Of a DNA stretch of 64,000 nt, positions 53,696 through 62,622 are shown piece by piece. Source of the stretch: Candidatus Gastranaerophilales bacterium. Lineage in GTDB: Bacteria; Cyanobacteriota; Vampirovibrionia; Gastranaerophilales; Gastranaerophilaceae. The stretch's first letter is position 1. Each line of letters opens with the position of its first letter. The stretch is from positions 2,501-66,500 of the forward strand of contig CALUYE010000007.1 of assembly GCA_944324945.1 (NCBI GenBank). The letters are read 5' to 3'. Made by a program: the position numbers and the translations under genes. The notes beneath the pieces were generated by a model that searched no databases, was not told where the DNA came from, and was given only the letters and a program-made list of their open reading frames with translations.

Positions 53696-54979
53696 TTACA
53701 ATAAAATCCCTGCCATAGCGGCTGATATATAACTTGCTAAGGTTCCTGCGATAAGCGCTTTTATACCAAGTTTAGCTAAATCTTTTCTTCTTGTGGGAGC
53801 AAGTTCGCCTATCCCGCCTATTTGAATTGCAATAGAGCCGAAATTTGCAAAGCCGCAAAGTGCAAAACTTGCAATTATCATTGCTTTTTGAGACAAAATA
53901 TCTTTCATTGCAATTAAATCCGTATATGCGATAAATTCATTTAACACAAGCTTTTCACCCATTAAAGCACCCACATTCATAACATCATGCAGGGGAGTTC
54001 CTATTATCAAAGCAAAAAACGAAAATAATAAACCCAAAAGAGATTTAATGCTTAAATGAGATAAATCGATAAAACTTAAATGAATATGGCAAACATTATA
54101 TAAAAATAAACCGATTTTAGCTAAAATATAGTCTCCTAAGGCAATTAAAGATAAAAGTGCAATTAACATCGCAATAACATTTAGCGAAACTCTCATGCCA
54201 TCCGACGCCGCCTGAGCGATTGAATCAATTAAATTAACGTTTGTGCGCTCAATATTAACCTTAACGCTTTTTTTTGTCTGTGATTGTTCGGTCTCAGGAT
54301 AAATTATCTTAGAAACCACAAGCGCTCCGGGTGCTGCCATAATTGAAGCGGCAAGAAGAAATTCCGCCCTAACACCCATGGCAATATAAAGCGCCATAAC
54401 TCCTCCTGCAATACAAGCCATAGAACCTGTCATGGAAGCTAAAAGCTCTGATTTTGTAGCACCTTTTAAATAAGGTCTTATCATAATTTGTGCTTCAACC
54501 TGTCCGACAAATGCGCTTGCAACGTTTGAAAGAGCTTCAGCACCTGATACATCCATTAATTTATACATAATACGCGCAAAAAATGCCACTACTTTTTGCA
54601 TTATTCCGTAATAGTATAAGATATTAACTATTGCAAGAATAAATATTATCGTTGCAATTAATTTAACCGAGAATAAAAATCCCGCTCCTTCAAAAAATAT
54701 TAAATCAAGTTTATCGGCTGAACTTGATAAAAATCCGAAAACAAAATCCGCTCCGACATTTGAAAAAGTTAATATTTTTCTTATGCATCCGGCTAAAATA
54801 TCAATAATTGTCTTTCCTAAAGGGATTTTTAAAACAAAAACCGCAAGTAAAAATTGAAGCGCTAAACCGACACTTATTGTTTTATAGTTAATTTTTTTGC
54901 GGTTATTGGACATTAAATAGCAAATGCCTAAAATAATTACTATTCCGATAATCCCGCTTAATCTTTCCAATATTTCCAA
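53696..54979 (-). CDS. nupC: Concentrative nucleoside transporter (NupC/CNT family)
   Basis: GIIGIVIILGICYLMSNNRKKI at the N-terminus, NEFIAY, and CGFANFGS. Confidence 0.9.
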   Translation of the reverse strand: MEILERLSGIIGIVIILGICYLMSNNRKKINYKTISVGLALQFLLAVFVLKIPLGKTIIDILAGCIRKILTFSNVGADFVFGFLSSSADKLDLIFFEGAGFLFSVKLIATIIFILAIVNILYYYGIMQKVVAFFARIMYKLMDVSGAEALSNVASAFVGQVEAQIMIRPYLKGATKSELLASMTGSMACIAGGVMALYIAMGVRAEFLLAASIMAAPGALVVSKIIYPETEQSQTKKSVKVNIERTNVNLIDSIAQAASDGMRVSLNVIAMLIALLSLIALGDYILAKIGLFLYNVCHIHLSFIDLSHLSIKSLLGLLFSFFALIIGTPLHDVMNVGALMGEKLVLNEFIAYTDLIAMKDILSQKAMIIASFALCGFANFGSIAIQIGGIGELAPTRRKDLAKLGIKALIAGTLASYISAAMAGILL

Positions 54980-55053
54980 AAAAATAACCCTTTTTTATTT
55001 AATTATAATCAAAATAAATACATTGTACAATTTTAATTAACTTTTTTTAATTT

Positions 55054-56415
55054 TTATAAATTTTCGCTAAAATCCACGCCGCCTGTTGATTTATATAACC
55101 CGATTGATGAAATTATATAATTGACTTTATCGTTTATTAATTTTTCAAGTGCGATATTTTGGGCTATTTCATACGTTATATAATCCGCCTTACTTGAAAG
55201 GCCGTATTTTGCATTGTTTGATTTTAATTTTAATTTTTCGCTCTGTATATCATAAACATCTGATGATAAATCATAGTTTCTTTCTTCGTTTTTAAAAATT
55301 GCAAGCGAATCATTTACTTCTTTTAGGGAAGCCAGGATAGTTTTTTCATATTCTTCTTTTGCTCTTGATAGTTCAATTTGTTTTAATTTCATAAAATTAA
55401 ATCTTCTTGCGCCGTCAAATATATTCCACCTCGGTGCAACAAAAACTTCCGCAATTCCCGTATGGGAACCGAAAATTCCTTTTAGGTTGTTATAACCGTT
55501 AAAGCCGAATGTGCCCGTTATTGTAAAGGATGGAAGGAGTTCTCTTTTGGCAATGCGAGCATCATAATTTGCCCTTATGATGTTTTCGCTTTTTAAAACT
55601 ACATCAGGGCGGTTTAAGATTATTTGCGATTCAAGAGTTTCAGGTGCGCTAAAAGGCATTGTGATTGAATCAAAATCACTTCTTTTTACTTCTTTAAATA
55701 ACTTATCTCCCAAAAGATAGCTTAATTGGTTTTCAAGAGTTTCTTTTTTTGTTTCGTAGTTGTTGATTTTTGCTTTAATTTTAACAACATTTTCTTTAAT
55801 TGCCAAAACATCGTCTTTTGTTGCAAGTCCTGTTTTTTCTTTATTTTCAATTAATCTTAAAAGTTCTTCGTTAAGAGAGAGTAATTTTTTTTCAATACTA
55901 AGAGTTTTATCTATCTTGATCAAATTAAAATAATCTGCCCCGATAGCGCTTGATAGAAGAATATAAGTAGATTTTTCATCCTGTTTTATCATTTTAAGGC
56001 TTTGAGTTCTGCTTTTTGTTTTAAGCCTGTTTTTACCCCAGATATCTATTTCATAGCTTACATATAAAGGCAATAAAAACCTTGATTGATTATAGCTGTT
56101 TATTACAAGTGAGCCGAAATGTTCATCCGATGATGAAAAAGTTTGTCCGATTAAAGGTTCAAAATCAATTTGCGGTAATTCTTCGCCAAGTGCAAGTTTG
56201 ACAATTTTTTCGCTTTCTTTTACTTTATAAGCCGCTATTTTTAAATCAAGATTGTTTTCAAATGCGGTTTTTAAATTATCAATTAAAATTTCATCCTGAA
56301 ATTTTGACCAAAAATTAAGATTCAGGTACTCCGTTTTATCCTCCTGCTCGTTTTTGGCAAAGCAAAAGGATGCAAATTGCAATATTAAAAATAATATGTA
56401 TAATATTTTTTTCAT
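55054..56415 (-). CDS. TolC/NodT-like outer-membrane efflux protein (copy 2)
   Basis: Paralog of 4276-5628, including SYEIDIWGKNRLKTKS and LPSFTITG. Confidence 0.85.
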   Translation of the reverse strand: MKKILYILFLILQFASFCFAKNEQEDKTEYLNLNFWSKFQDEILIDNLKTAFENNLDLKIAAYKVKESEKIVKLALGEELPQIDFEPLIGQTFSSSDEHFGSLVINSYNQSRFLLPLYVSYEIDIWGKNRLKTKSRTQSLKMIKQDEKSTYILLSSAIGADYFNLIKIDKTLSIEKKLLSLNEELLRLIENKEKTGLATKDDVLAIKENVVKIKAKINNYETKKETLENQLSYLLGDKLFKEVKRSDFDSITMPFSAPETLESQIILNRPDVVLKSENIIRANYDARIAKRELLPSFTITGTFGFNGYNNLKGIFGSHTGIAEVFVAPRWNIFDGARRFNFMKLKQIELSRAKEEYEKTILASLKEVNDSLAIFKNEERNYDLSSDVYDIQSEKLKLKSNNAKYGLSSKADYITYEIAQNIALEKLINDKVNYIISSIGLYKSTGGVDFSENL

Positions 56416-56448
56416 TGTTGTTAAAAATAAGTATGACTAAAATTTTTT

Positions 56449-56470
56449 TTATGTTATTATGATAACATAA
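56449..56470. promoter_or_regulatory. Perfect 9-4-9 inverted repeat (candidate MarR operator, copy 2)
   Basis: TTATGTTAT-tatg-ATAACATAA in the tolC2/marR2 divergent spacer. Unrelated to the copy-1 palindrome. Confidence 0.55.
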
Positions 56471-56495
56471 TAGCATAAAAAATAAAAAATCAAGT

Positions 56496-56951
56496 ATGTT
56501 GAATCAACTGAATCGAAATTCAATATCAAACGAAATTGTTACATGCGCTACTTTAATTAAAGTATTAACACTAAGAGCTTTTAAGGAGCATAATTTTGAA
56601 ATTACTCCCGAACAGTTTATAATTTTAGATGTTATTATAAATAACGAAGAACTCTACCAAAGAAAACTGGGAAAAATCTTAGGAAAAGATAGAGCAAATA
56701 TAACAAGACTATTAGACATTCTTTTTAAAAAAGGGTTAATCGAAAAAGAAAGTTCATCCAACGGAAGAAAAATAAACAAAATTAAAATTACAAAAAAAGG
56801 AGAAGATTTACGAAATAAAATTTTCCCTGTAATATCTAAAGTAAGGCAAAGCTATTTAAATGGTATAGAATATAAAGATATAGAAAATTGTTTAAAAATT
56901 TTAAATAAAATAAAAGAAAATATTTCAGAAAATACAAAACTTCAAACCTAA
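56496..56951 (+). CDS. MarR-family transcriptional regulator (copy 2)
   Basis: ITPEQFIILDVIINNEELYQRKLGKILGKDRANITRLLDILFKKGLIEK. Confidence 0.85.
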   Translation: MLNQLNRNSISNEIVTCATLIKVLTLRAFKEHNFEITPEQFIILDVIINNEELYQRKLGKILGKDRANITRLLDILFKKGLIEKESSSNGRKINKIKITKKGEDLRNKIFPVISKVRQSYLNGIEYKDIENCLKILNKIKENISENTKLQT

Positions 56952-56966
56952 AACCGGGAGAATAAA

Positions 56967-58040
56967 ATGAATAAAGATTCAAAATACTATAAAGAAGCAA
57001 GACAAAAAGTTCTGGCAAAAAGAAAACCTTATCAGAAAAAAAGAGTAATAATACCCGTTATTACAGCGGCAGTGTTTTTATGTTTGGGAATTTTCGGTAT
57101 TGTTTATTCTGCGTTTTATCAATCAACGGATGACGCTTTTGTTGAAGCACATCTTGTTTATTTTTCTCCGAGAGTCTCAGGGCAAATAACTGAACTTTAT
57201 GTTGATGATAATACTGAAGTTAAAAAAGGCGAAATCATTGCTCAAATAGACCCTAAAGATTTTGAAACTGAGCTTAAAAACGCTCAGGCAAGGCTTCAAA
57301 AAGCACAGGCCGATTTGAAGGTTTCAACAAGCGATATTGAGAAAATGGATGCCATAACATCAGTAAACAAAAACGATATTCAAAGCGCGAAATCAAAGCT
57401 TGAATATGCAACAAACGACTATATAAGATATAAAAATGCTTATCAGGACGGTTCGGTTACAAAGCAGGATTTAGATAACGCGATTAAAAATTTATCCGTT
57501 GCAAAAGCGCTTTATAAATCCGCTCAAGATGATCTTAAAGCTTCAACAAGCGCTCTTTTAGGGGCAAAATCCAAGAAGATATCTCAAAGCGCAGAAATTG
57601 AAAGATTACTGGCTGAAGTTGAGCAGGCAAAATTAAACCTTTCATATACAACTTTAATTGCCCCGATTGACGGAACAATTACAAATAAAAATGTTGAAAT
57701 AGGAACTTATGTCAATGCCGCACACTCTATTTTAACAATCGTACCCAATGAAAGATACATAATTGCAAACTTTAAAGAAACACAGGTTGCAAACATGAAA
57801 GAAGGACAAAAAGTAACAATTAAAATCGATACCTTTGGTTCAAAAAGATTCAAAGGTCATGTGGATTCAATCCAAAAAGCATCAGGCGCAAAAGCAAGCC
57901 TTTTCCCGCCCGAAAATGCCGTCGGGTCTTATGTTAAGGTTGTTCAAAGAATACCTGTTAAAATAAAATTTGATGAAGATATTTCAAAATATAATATAGT
58001 ACCCGGCATGAGCGTGGTACCTAAAGTAAAAGTAAGATAA
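56967..58040 (+). CDS. HlyD/EmrA-family membrane fusion protein (copy 2)
   Basis: TDDAFVEAHLVYFSPRVSGQI. The C-terminal ~95 aa are about 75% identical by eye to copy 1 (IANFKETQVANM...SGAKASLFPPENAVGSYVK.VQRIPVKI). Confidence 0.9.
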   Translation: MNKDSKYYKEARQKVLAKRKPYQKKRVIIPVITAAVFLCLGIFGIVYSAFYQSTDDAFVEAHLVYFSPRVSGQITELYVDDNTEVKKGEIIAQIDPKDFETELKNAQARLQKAQADLKVSTSDIEKMDAITSVNKNDIQSAKSKLEYATNDYIRYKNAYQDGSVTKQDLDNAIKNLSVAKALYKSAQDDLKASTSALLGAKSKKISQSAEIERLLAEVEQAKLNLSYTTLIAPIDGTITNKNVEIGTYVNAAHSILTIVPNERYIIANFKETQVANMKEGQKVTIKIDTFGSKRFKGHVDSIQKASGAKASLFPPENAVGSYVKVVQRIPVKIKFDEDISKYNIVPGMSVVPKVKVR

Positions 58041-58063
58041 AATGAGGTTTTTGCCTCATTTTT
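58041..58063 (+). terminator. Intra-operon hairpin with T-run between emrA2-like and emrB2-like genes
   Basis: AATGAGG-tttttg-CCTCATT, then ttt. Copy 1 has no spacer at the equivalent junction. Confidence 0.4.
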
Positions 58064-58081
58064 AATTATTAGTCGAAGAAA

Positions 58082-59617
58082 ATGAGAACAAAATCACTAT
58101 ATGAAAAATTAAATATTCCCTTATGGTTAATTACCATATCGGTAATGCTTCCGACCGTTTTTTCCATGCTTGCAACATCCTCGGTTAACGTTGCAATACC
58201 TTATATCGCAGGGCAATTCGGCTCAACAAGGGACGAATCAAACTGGGTTGTAACAAGTTACATGATTGCCCATGCCATCATGCTTCCGATAACAGGCTGG
58301 CTTGAAGTAAGGTTTACAAGAAGAAAACTCTTAAAAGCAATATCGATTATTTTTGCGCTCGGTTCAATAATTTGTTTTATGGCGCCTTCTTTGAATGTTT
58401 TAATAATCGGAAGAATAATTCAAGGCATAGGCGGCGGGCCTTTTATGCCTTTAAGTCAGGCTATTTTAATGCAGGTATTCCCAAAGCATCTTCAAGCAAC
58501 CGCAATGGGTATCTTTGGGCTTGGTATGATGGTTTCAGCTATTGTCGGGCCTTTGTTGGGCGGGGTTTTGGTTGAACATTTATCGTGGCAGTGGATTTTT
58601 ATTATAAATATACCCGTAATTGTAGCTTCCGTTGTTATGATTCACTGTAATGTTATGAACAACACTTCGACTATGAAGATTGCGGGTTTTGATGCAATCG
58701 GCTTTAGTGCTTTAATTTTATGGCTGTTACCCATGCAAACCGTTTTAGATAAAGGTTCGCAATACGGCTGGTTTGATTGCCGCTGGATATGCTGGTTAAG
58801 CGGTTTTGCCGTTTGTTCCATGGTATTTTTTATTGTTTGGGAACTTGAATATAAAAATGCAATAACGGATTTTCGTATATTTAAAAATTGGAACTTTTTC
58901 ATTGGAACAATACTGGGGTCAGGCGTAAATACCATTGCTTATATGACATTATCGGCACTTCCGGGGTTTGTACAAAGTTTAATGGGCTATAACGCCCAGC
59001 TTGCAGGTTTGAGTCTTTCAAGCAGGGCGGTTTCGTGTATTATTTTTATGGTTATTGTGTCAAAATTGTGCGAATTTGTTGATAACAGAATAATAGCGGG
59101 CATTGGCTATGTTCTTCTTGCTATTAGTACATTTTCATTTACACAGCTTAATTTAGAGGTTTCTTTTACATATTTTATATTGCCTAATATAATTTTAGGC
59201 GCAGGTATTATGTTTGCTTTTATTCCGATTACAAAACTTGCGCTTTCTACCGTTCAAAAAGAAAAACTTGCACTTGCAACAGGACTTCATTCTCTTGCAA
59301 AATGTGTAATTACCGCTTTTACAATTTCAATTACAAACGCCTTAGTAACAGCATTTTCGCAGGTTCATCAAAATTATTTAATAGCAAATCTTCACACAAA
59401 TAATATGCCTTTTGTAATTAAATTAAGTGCAGCCGTTGCTAAATTTTCAAAATATTTACCCGATTTAACCGCATTAACTAAAGCAAACGGAACAATATAC
59501 AGACAAATGCTATCGCAGGCAAAATTAATGAGCTATGTTGATGTTTTTGCGATTTTTGCTCTTTTGTGTTTTATTTTTATCCCGCTTTGCTTTATGTTTA
59601 AAGTTTCTAAAGATTAA
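58082..59617 (+). CDS. MFS drug:H+ antiporter, DHA2 (EmrB/QacA) family (copy 2)
   Basis: MIAHAIMLPITGWL, GRIIQGIGGGPFMPLSQ, 14-TM pattern. Confidence 0.9.
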   Translation: MRTKSLYEKLNIPLWLITISVMLPTVFSMLATSSVNVAIPYIAGQFGSTRDESNWVVTSYMIAHAIMLPITGWLEVRFTRRKLLKAISIIFALGSIICFMAPSLNVLIIGRIIQGIGGGPFMPLSQAILMQVFPKHLQATAMGIFGLGMMVSAIVGPLLGGVLVEHLSWQWIFIINIPVIVASVVMIHCNVMNNTSTMKIAGFDAIGFSALILWLLPMQTVLDKGSQYGWFDCRWICWLSGFAVCSMVFFIVWELEYKNAITDFRIFKNWNFFIGTILGSGVNTIAYMTLSALPGFVQSLMGYNAQLAGLSLSSRAVSCIIFMVIVSKLCEFVDNRIIAGIGYVLLAISTFSFTQLNLEVSFTYFILPNIILGAGIMFAFIPITKLALSTVQKEKLALATGLHSLAKCVITAFTISITNALVTAFSQVHQNYLIANLHTNNMPFVIKLSAAVAKFSKYLPDLTALTKANGTIYRQMLSQAKLMSYVDVFAIFALLCFIFIPLCFMFKVSKD

Positions 59618-60275
59618 CTTTAGAGCTTTGATTTTCCAATTTTTCAAGCTTTTCTTTTAATTCTTTTACTTCATATTTCAAGCGGTTAAGTTCGCATGAA
59701 ACAGGGTCAGGGATTCTATTGTGCTGCAATTGCCCTTCGATATATTTCTTTTGTTTTACTATTCGCCCCGGAACCCCTACAACGGTGCAATGTTCATCTA
59801 CATCGGATATCACAACCGAGCCTGCTCCGATTGTTGAATAGTTCCCTATTGTAATATTTCCTAAAACCTTAGCGCCCGCACCTACCGTTACGAAATTTCC
59901 CAAAGTCGGGTGGCGTTTTCCTTGTTCTTTACCGGTACCTCCTAATGTAACACCCTGATAAATCAATACGTCATCTCCGATTATTGTTGTTTCTCCAATT
60001 ACAACACCCATACCATGGTCTATAAAAAATCTTCTTCCGATTTTTGCCCCGGGGTGAATTTCAATTCCCGTTAAAAATCTTGCAACTTGCGAAATTAATC
60101 TCGGTATAAAGGGAACCTTCCAGTATAGAAGTTTGTGGGCTATTCTATGCGCTAAAAGAACATGGAAACCCTGATAAAGAAAAATTACTTCAAAAATGTT
60201 TCTTGCAGCAACATCTTTTTCTTTAATCGTATTTATATCTTCAATTATCGTATTAATCCATTTTTTGATAACCAT
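59607..60275 (-). CDS. cysE: Serine O-acetyltransferase with C-terminal coiled-coil tail
   Basis: LAHRIAH, IEIHPGAKIGRRFFIDHGMGVVIGETT, GVTLGGTG, GAGAKVLG. The tail is ELNRLKYEVKELKEKLEKLENQ. Confidence 0.9.
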   Translation of the reverse strand: MVIKKWINTIIEDINTIKEKDVAARNIFEVIFLYQGFHVLLAHRIAHKLLYWKVPFIPRLISQVARFLTGIEIHPGAKIGRRFFIDHGMGVVIGETTIIGDDVLIYQGVTLGGTGKEQGKRHPTLGNFVTVGAGAKVLGNITIGNYSTIGAGSVVISDVDEHCTVVGVPGRIVKQKKYIEGQLQHNRIPDPVSCELNRLKYEVKELKEKLEKLENQSSKVNL

Positions 60276-60403
60276 AATAATCCTCTTTTTTTAAATAATA
60301 TCATTTAAATATTTTAAGAAAAGTTAACTTTTTGAGCAATTTTTTTAAAGAAAATGTTTTTATTAATGTATCAAGAGATTTACTATTTTATAGAGGAAAA
60401 AGT

Positions 60404-60952
60404 ATGACATTAATTAACAGTACAACACATTTAACCGAAATTACGGGTTTAGGCGCAAATACGCAATATTCAAAAGCGGATAAAACAGAAGACATTAAAG
60501 ACGATGCACTTATTTTTGCAAAAGATTCAATAAAAGAATATGAAGGCGAAGGCGTAACGCTTGATAAATATGATCCTCCGACAAAAAACAAAAAAATTGA
60601 TTATGCGGAAGTTACAAGTGAAGAATTTAAATTTGATTTTGATAATTATGATTTAGACGGCAAAAAAGGATTGTCCGATAAAGAAGTTGCAAGCTATATA
60701 ATGGCACTTGACGGTATTACATTTAAGTTTGATGCAACATATCTTGGATGGGATTTTGTGGAAGGTGCCGATATTGAAGAAGATGATCTTAAAAAGGGCG
60801 AATTTAGCGAAGATAATATAGACGGCAAAATTGATGAAAATATTCAAAAAGCCCTTGATAGTATGGATAACGACGAGTTAAAAGAAATTGCACAAAATAT
60901 TTACGATGAAAATTTTTATAAAGAACCATGGTATAAAAAAATATTCGGTTAA
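60404..60952 (+). CDS. Acidic hypothetical protein (182 aa)
   Basis: ATG 60404 with an AGAGGAAAAAG SD, preferred over the track's TTG at 60332. D/E-rich, with DxDG-type loops NYDLDGKKG and DNIDGKID. Confidence 0.5.
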   Translation: MTLINSTTHLTEITGLGANTQYSKADKTEDIKDDALIFAKDSIKEYEGEGVTLDKYDPPTKNKKIDYAEVTSEEFKFDFDNYDLDGKKGLSDKEVASYIMALDGITFKFDATYLGWDFVEGADIEEDDLKKGEFSEDNIDGKIDENIQKALDSMDNDELKEIAQNIYDENFYKEPWYKKIFG

Positions 60953-60968
60953 TTAAATTTTATTATCG

Positions 60969-60997
60969 TTGCAAAAAAAATTCTTTTTGACTATTAT
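60969..60997 (+). promoter_or_regulatory. Candidate sigma70 promoter of rpsT
   Basis: TTGCAA-N17-TATTAT. Confidence 0.45.
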
Positions 60998-61056
60998 ATA
61001 AGTACTCACTCAAACCCTCTTGAAGATAAGTAATTATTTTTAAGAAAGGATTAAAA

Positions 61057-61326
61057 ATGGCAAATATTAAATCTGCAAAAAAAAGAATTTTAGTTGCAAA
61101 AAGAAACACTCAAAGAAATGTAGCATTTAAAACTTCCATTAAAACAGCGGTTAAAAAAGTTTTAGCCTGCGCAACTTCGGAAGATAAAACCCAATTAAAT
61201 GCTTTATTATCAAATGTTTACAAATTATGCGACAAAGCAGTTTCAAAAGGTATTTTACATAAAAATACCGCAGCCAGAAAAAAATCAAGATTAACAAAAG
61301 CTGTTAATAAATTAACAACAAAATAA
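61057..61326 (+). CDS. rpsT: 30S ribosomal protein S20
   Basis: MANIKSAKKRILVAKRNTQRN... Confidence 0.95.
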   Translation: MANIKSAKKRILVAKRNTQRNVAFKTSIKTAVKKVLACATSEDKTQLNALLSNVYKLCDKAVSKGILHKNTAARKKSRLTKAVNKLTTK

Positions 61327-61346
61327 CTTTAATCTTAATTTTTATT

Positions 61347-61377
61347 AAAACTCCAAAGCAACCCTTTGGAGTTTTTT
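61347..61377 (+). terminator. rpsT rho-independent terminator
   Basis: CTCCAAAG-caacc-CTTTGGAG followed by TTTTTT. Confidence 0.8.
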
Positions 61378-61382
61378 AGTAT

Positions 61383-61412
61383 AAAAAAAGGGGTTAAACA
61401 TTTGTTTAACCC
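61383..61412 (-). terminator. Flagellin rho-independent terminator
   Basis: Minus strand reads GGGTTAAAcaaatgTTTAACCC followed by CTTTTTTTAT, about 40 nt after the flagellin stop. Confidence 0.7.
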
Positions 61413-61450
61413 ACTTGTATTGCCATCACCAGTTAGATTTTACTTGTATA

Positions 61451-62314
61451 CTATATTAAGCTTGAAGCAATTGCAGGTGCCTGATTAGCTTGAGCTAACA
61501 AGGAAACCGAAATTTGCTGTAATATTTGATTTTGAGTATAGCTTGAAGCTTCAGCGGCTATATCGGCATCGGTAATAACCGATTTAGAGCTTGATAGGTT
61601 TTCATATTGAGTTGTAAGTGTATCTAAAGCTGAAGATAGACGGTTTTCGGCAGAACCTATCGTTGATTTTCTTGCAGTGATTGAGTTAATTGCGTTGTCT
61701 AAATTTTGAATTGCAGCCGATAATTCAGCAGACTTCATGGTTGAAACATCAAAATTTGCAGCAGCCATGGTTGTTAGAGCGCTGAATTTAACCGATTCAA
61801 AAATTGATTTATCAACAGAAATAACGTTATCTCCGCGCGCATCTGCACCGACTTGGAATTGAGCACCTTCGGAAAGAGGATCATCTGCTTCATCAGCAGT
61901 AAATAAGTGCAGACCTGAATATTTAGAAGATGTTGAAATTCTGTCGATTTCTTCCATACGTTCCGCAATTTCAGCTTGCATTGCATCTTTTTCATCCGTT
62001 GAATAAGTGCTGTTTTTTGCTTGAAGTGTCAAGTCACGGATTCTTGATAAGTTGTCTTGAACAACATCTAAATTACCTTCAACGGTTGATAACATGTTGT
62101 TTGCGTTTTGAATGTTGTTTTGAGCGATTTTGTTACCGTCTAATTGAACATCCATCTTTGCAGCAATAACTGTTCCTGCTGCATCGTCTCCTGCACGGTT
62201 AATTTTCAAACCGCTTGACATACGCTCCATTGTTGTAGACAAATTGCTTGTAGCACTGTTTAAGATGTTTTGAATCTTAATCGAATCAACGTTTGTGTTA
62301 ATTGTAACTGACAT
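61451..62314 (-). CDS. fliC: Flagellin (short form, D0/D1 only)
   Basis: MSVTINTNVDSI...ERMSSGLKINRAGDDAAG at the N-terminus and ...TQNQILQQISVSLLAQANQAPAIASSLI at the C-terminus. 287 aa. Confidence 0.95.
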   Translation of the reverse strand: MSVTINTNVDSIKIQNILNSATSNLSTTMERMSSGLKINRAGDDAAGTVIAAKMDVQLDGNKIAQNNIQNANNMLSTVEGNLDVVQDNLSRIRDLTLQAKNSTYSTDEKDAMQAEIAERMEEIDRISTSSKYSGLHLFTADEADDPLSEGAQFQVGADARGDNVISVDKSIFESVKFSALTTMAAANFDVSTMKSAELSAAIQNLDNAINSITARKSTIGSAENRLSSALDTLTTQYENLSSSKSVITDADIAAEASSYTQNQILQQISVSLLAQANQAPAIASSLI

Positions 62315-62391
62315 TTTAAATACTCCTTTATTTACTTGCGGATTGCTAAATAAAGGTACACCAATGTACTTTATTGTCTTCCTTGCAATCC
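62315..62391 (-). promoter_or_regulatory. Structured flagellin 5' leader with two GGA motifs
   Basis: The mRNA outer stem GGAUUGC/GCAAUCC (62391-62385 / 62346-62340) encloses AAGGAAGAC and an inner hairpin AAUAAAGUAC-auuggu-GUACCUUUAUU. The SD is AAAGGAG. Confidence 0.5.
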
Positions 62392-62622
62392 ATATCCTTA
62401 TTACACTATTACTTTACGGTTTTTTTTAAGGAGATTTAATTATGGGAAGGTTTAAAGTTTCTAATACGAAAGTTGTATAAATCAAAAATATGCTATCACG
62501 CAATTTTTAGATAAAACCATTGATTTTAGTATGTTTATCCGAAAATATCGTAAAATTTTAAAAAAATACTGGCAAAATATTTTCTTTTCTGCTTTTATAT
62601 AATATGGTGAGATTTAAAACAA

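Noticed and set aside
62391-62416. Possible sigma28 promoter for flagellin (TAAAGTAA ... GGATAT)
   Set aside because: The -35 is good. The -10 matches only GATAT, and the spacing is ~2 nt off the TAAA-N15-GCCGATAT consensus. It is much weaker than the site at 24282-24310. I also found no GG-N10-GC sigma54 element. The flagellin promoter is left unassigned.
62442-62480. 12-codon mini-ORF (MGRFKVSNTKVV) with AAGGAG SD in the flagellin/62623 divergent spacer
   Set aside because: It is too short to support from sequence alone. The AAGGAG may be fortuitous. It is noted only as a possible leader peptide for the 62623 gene.
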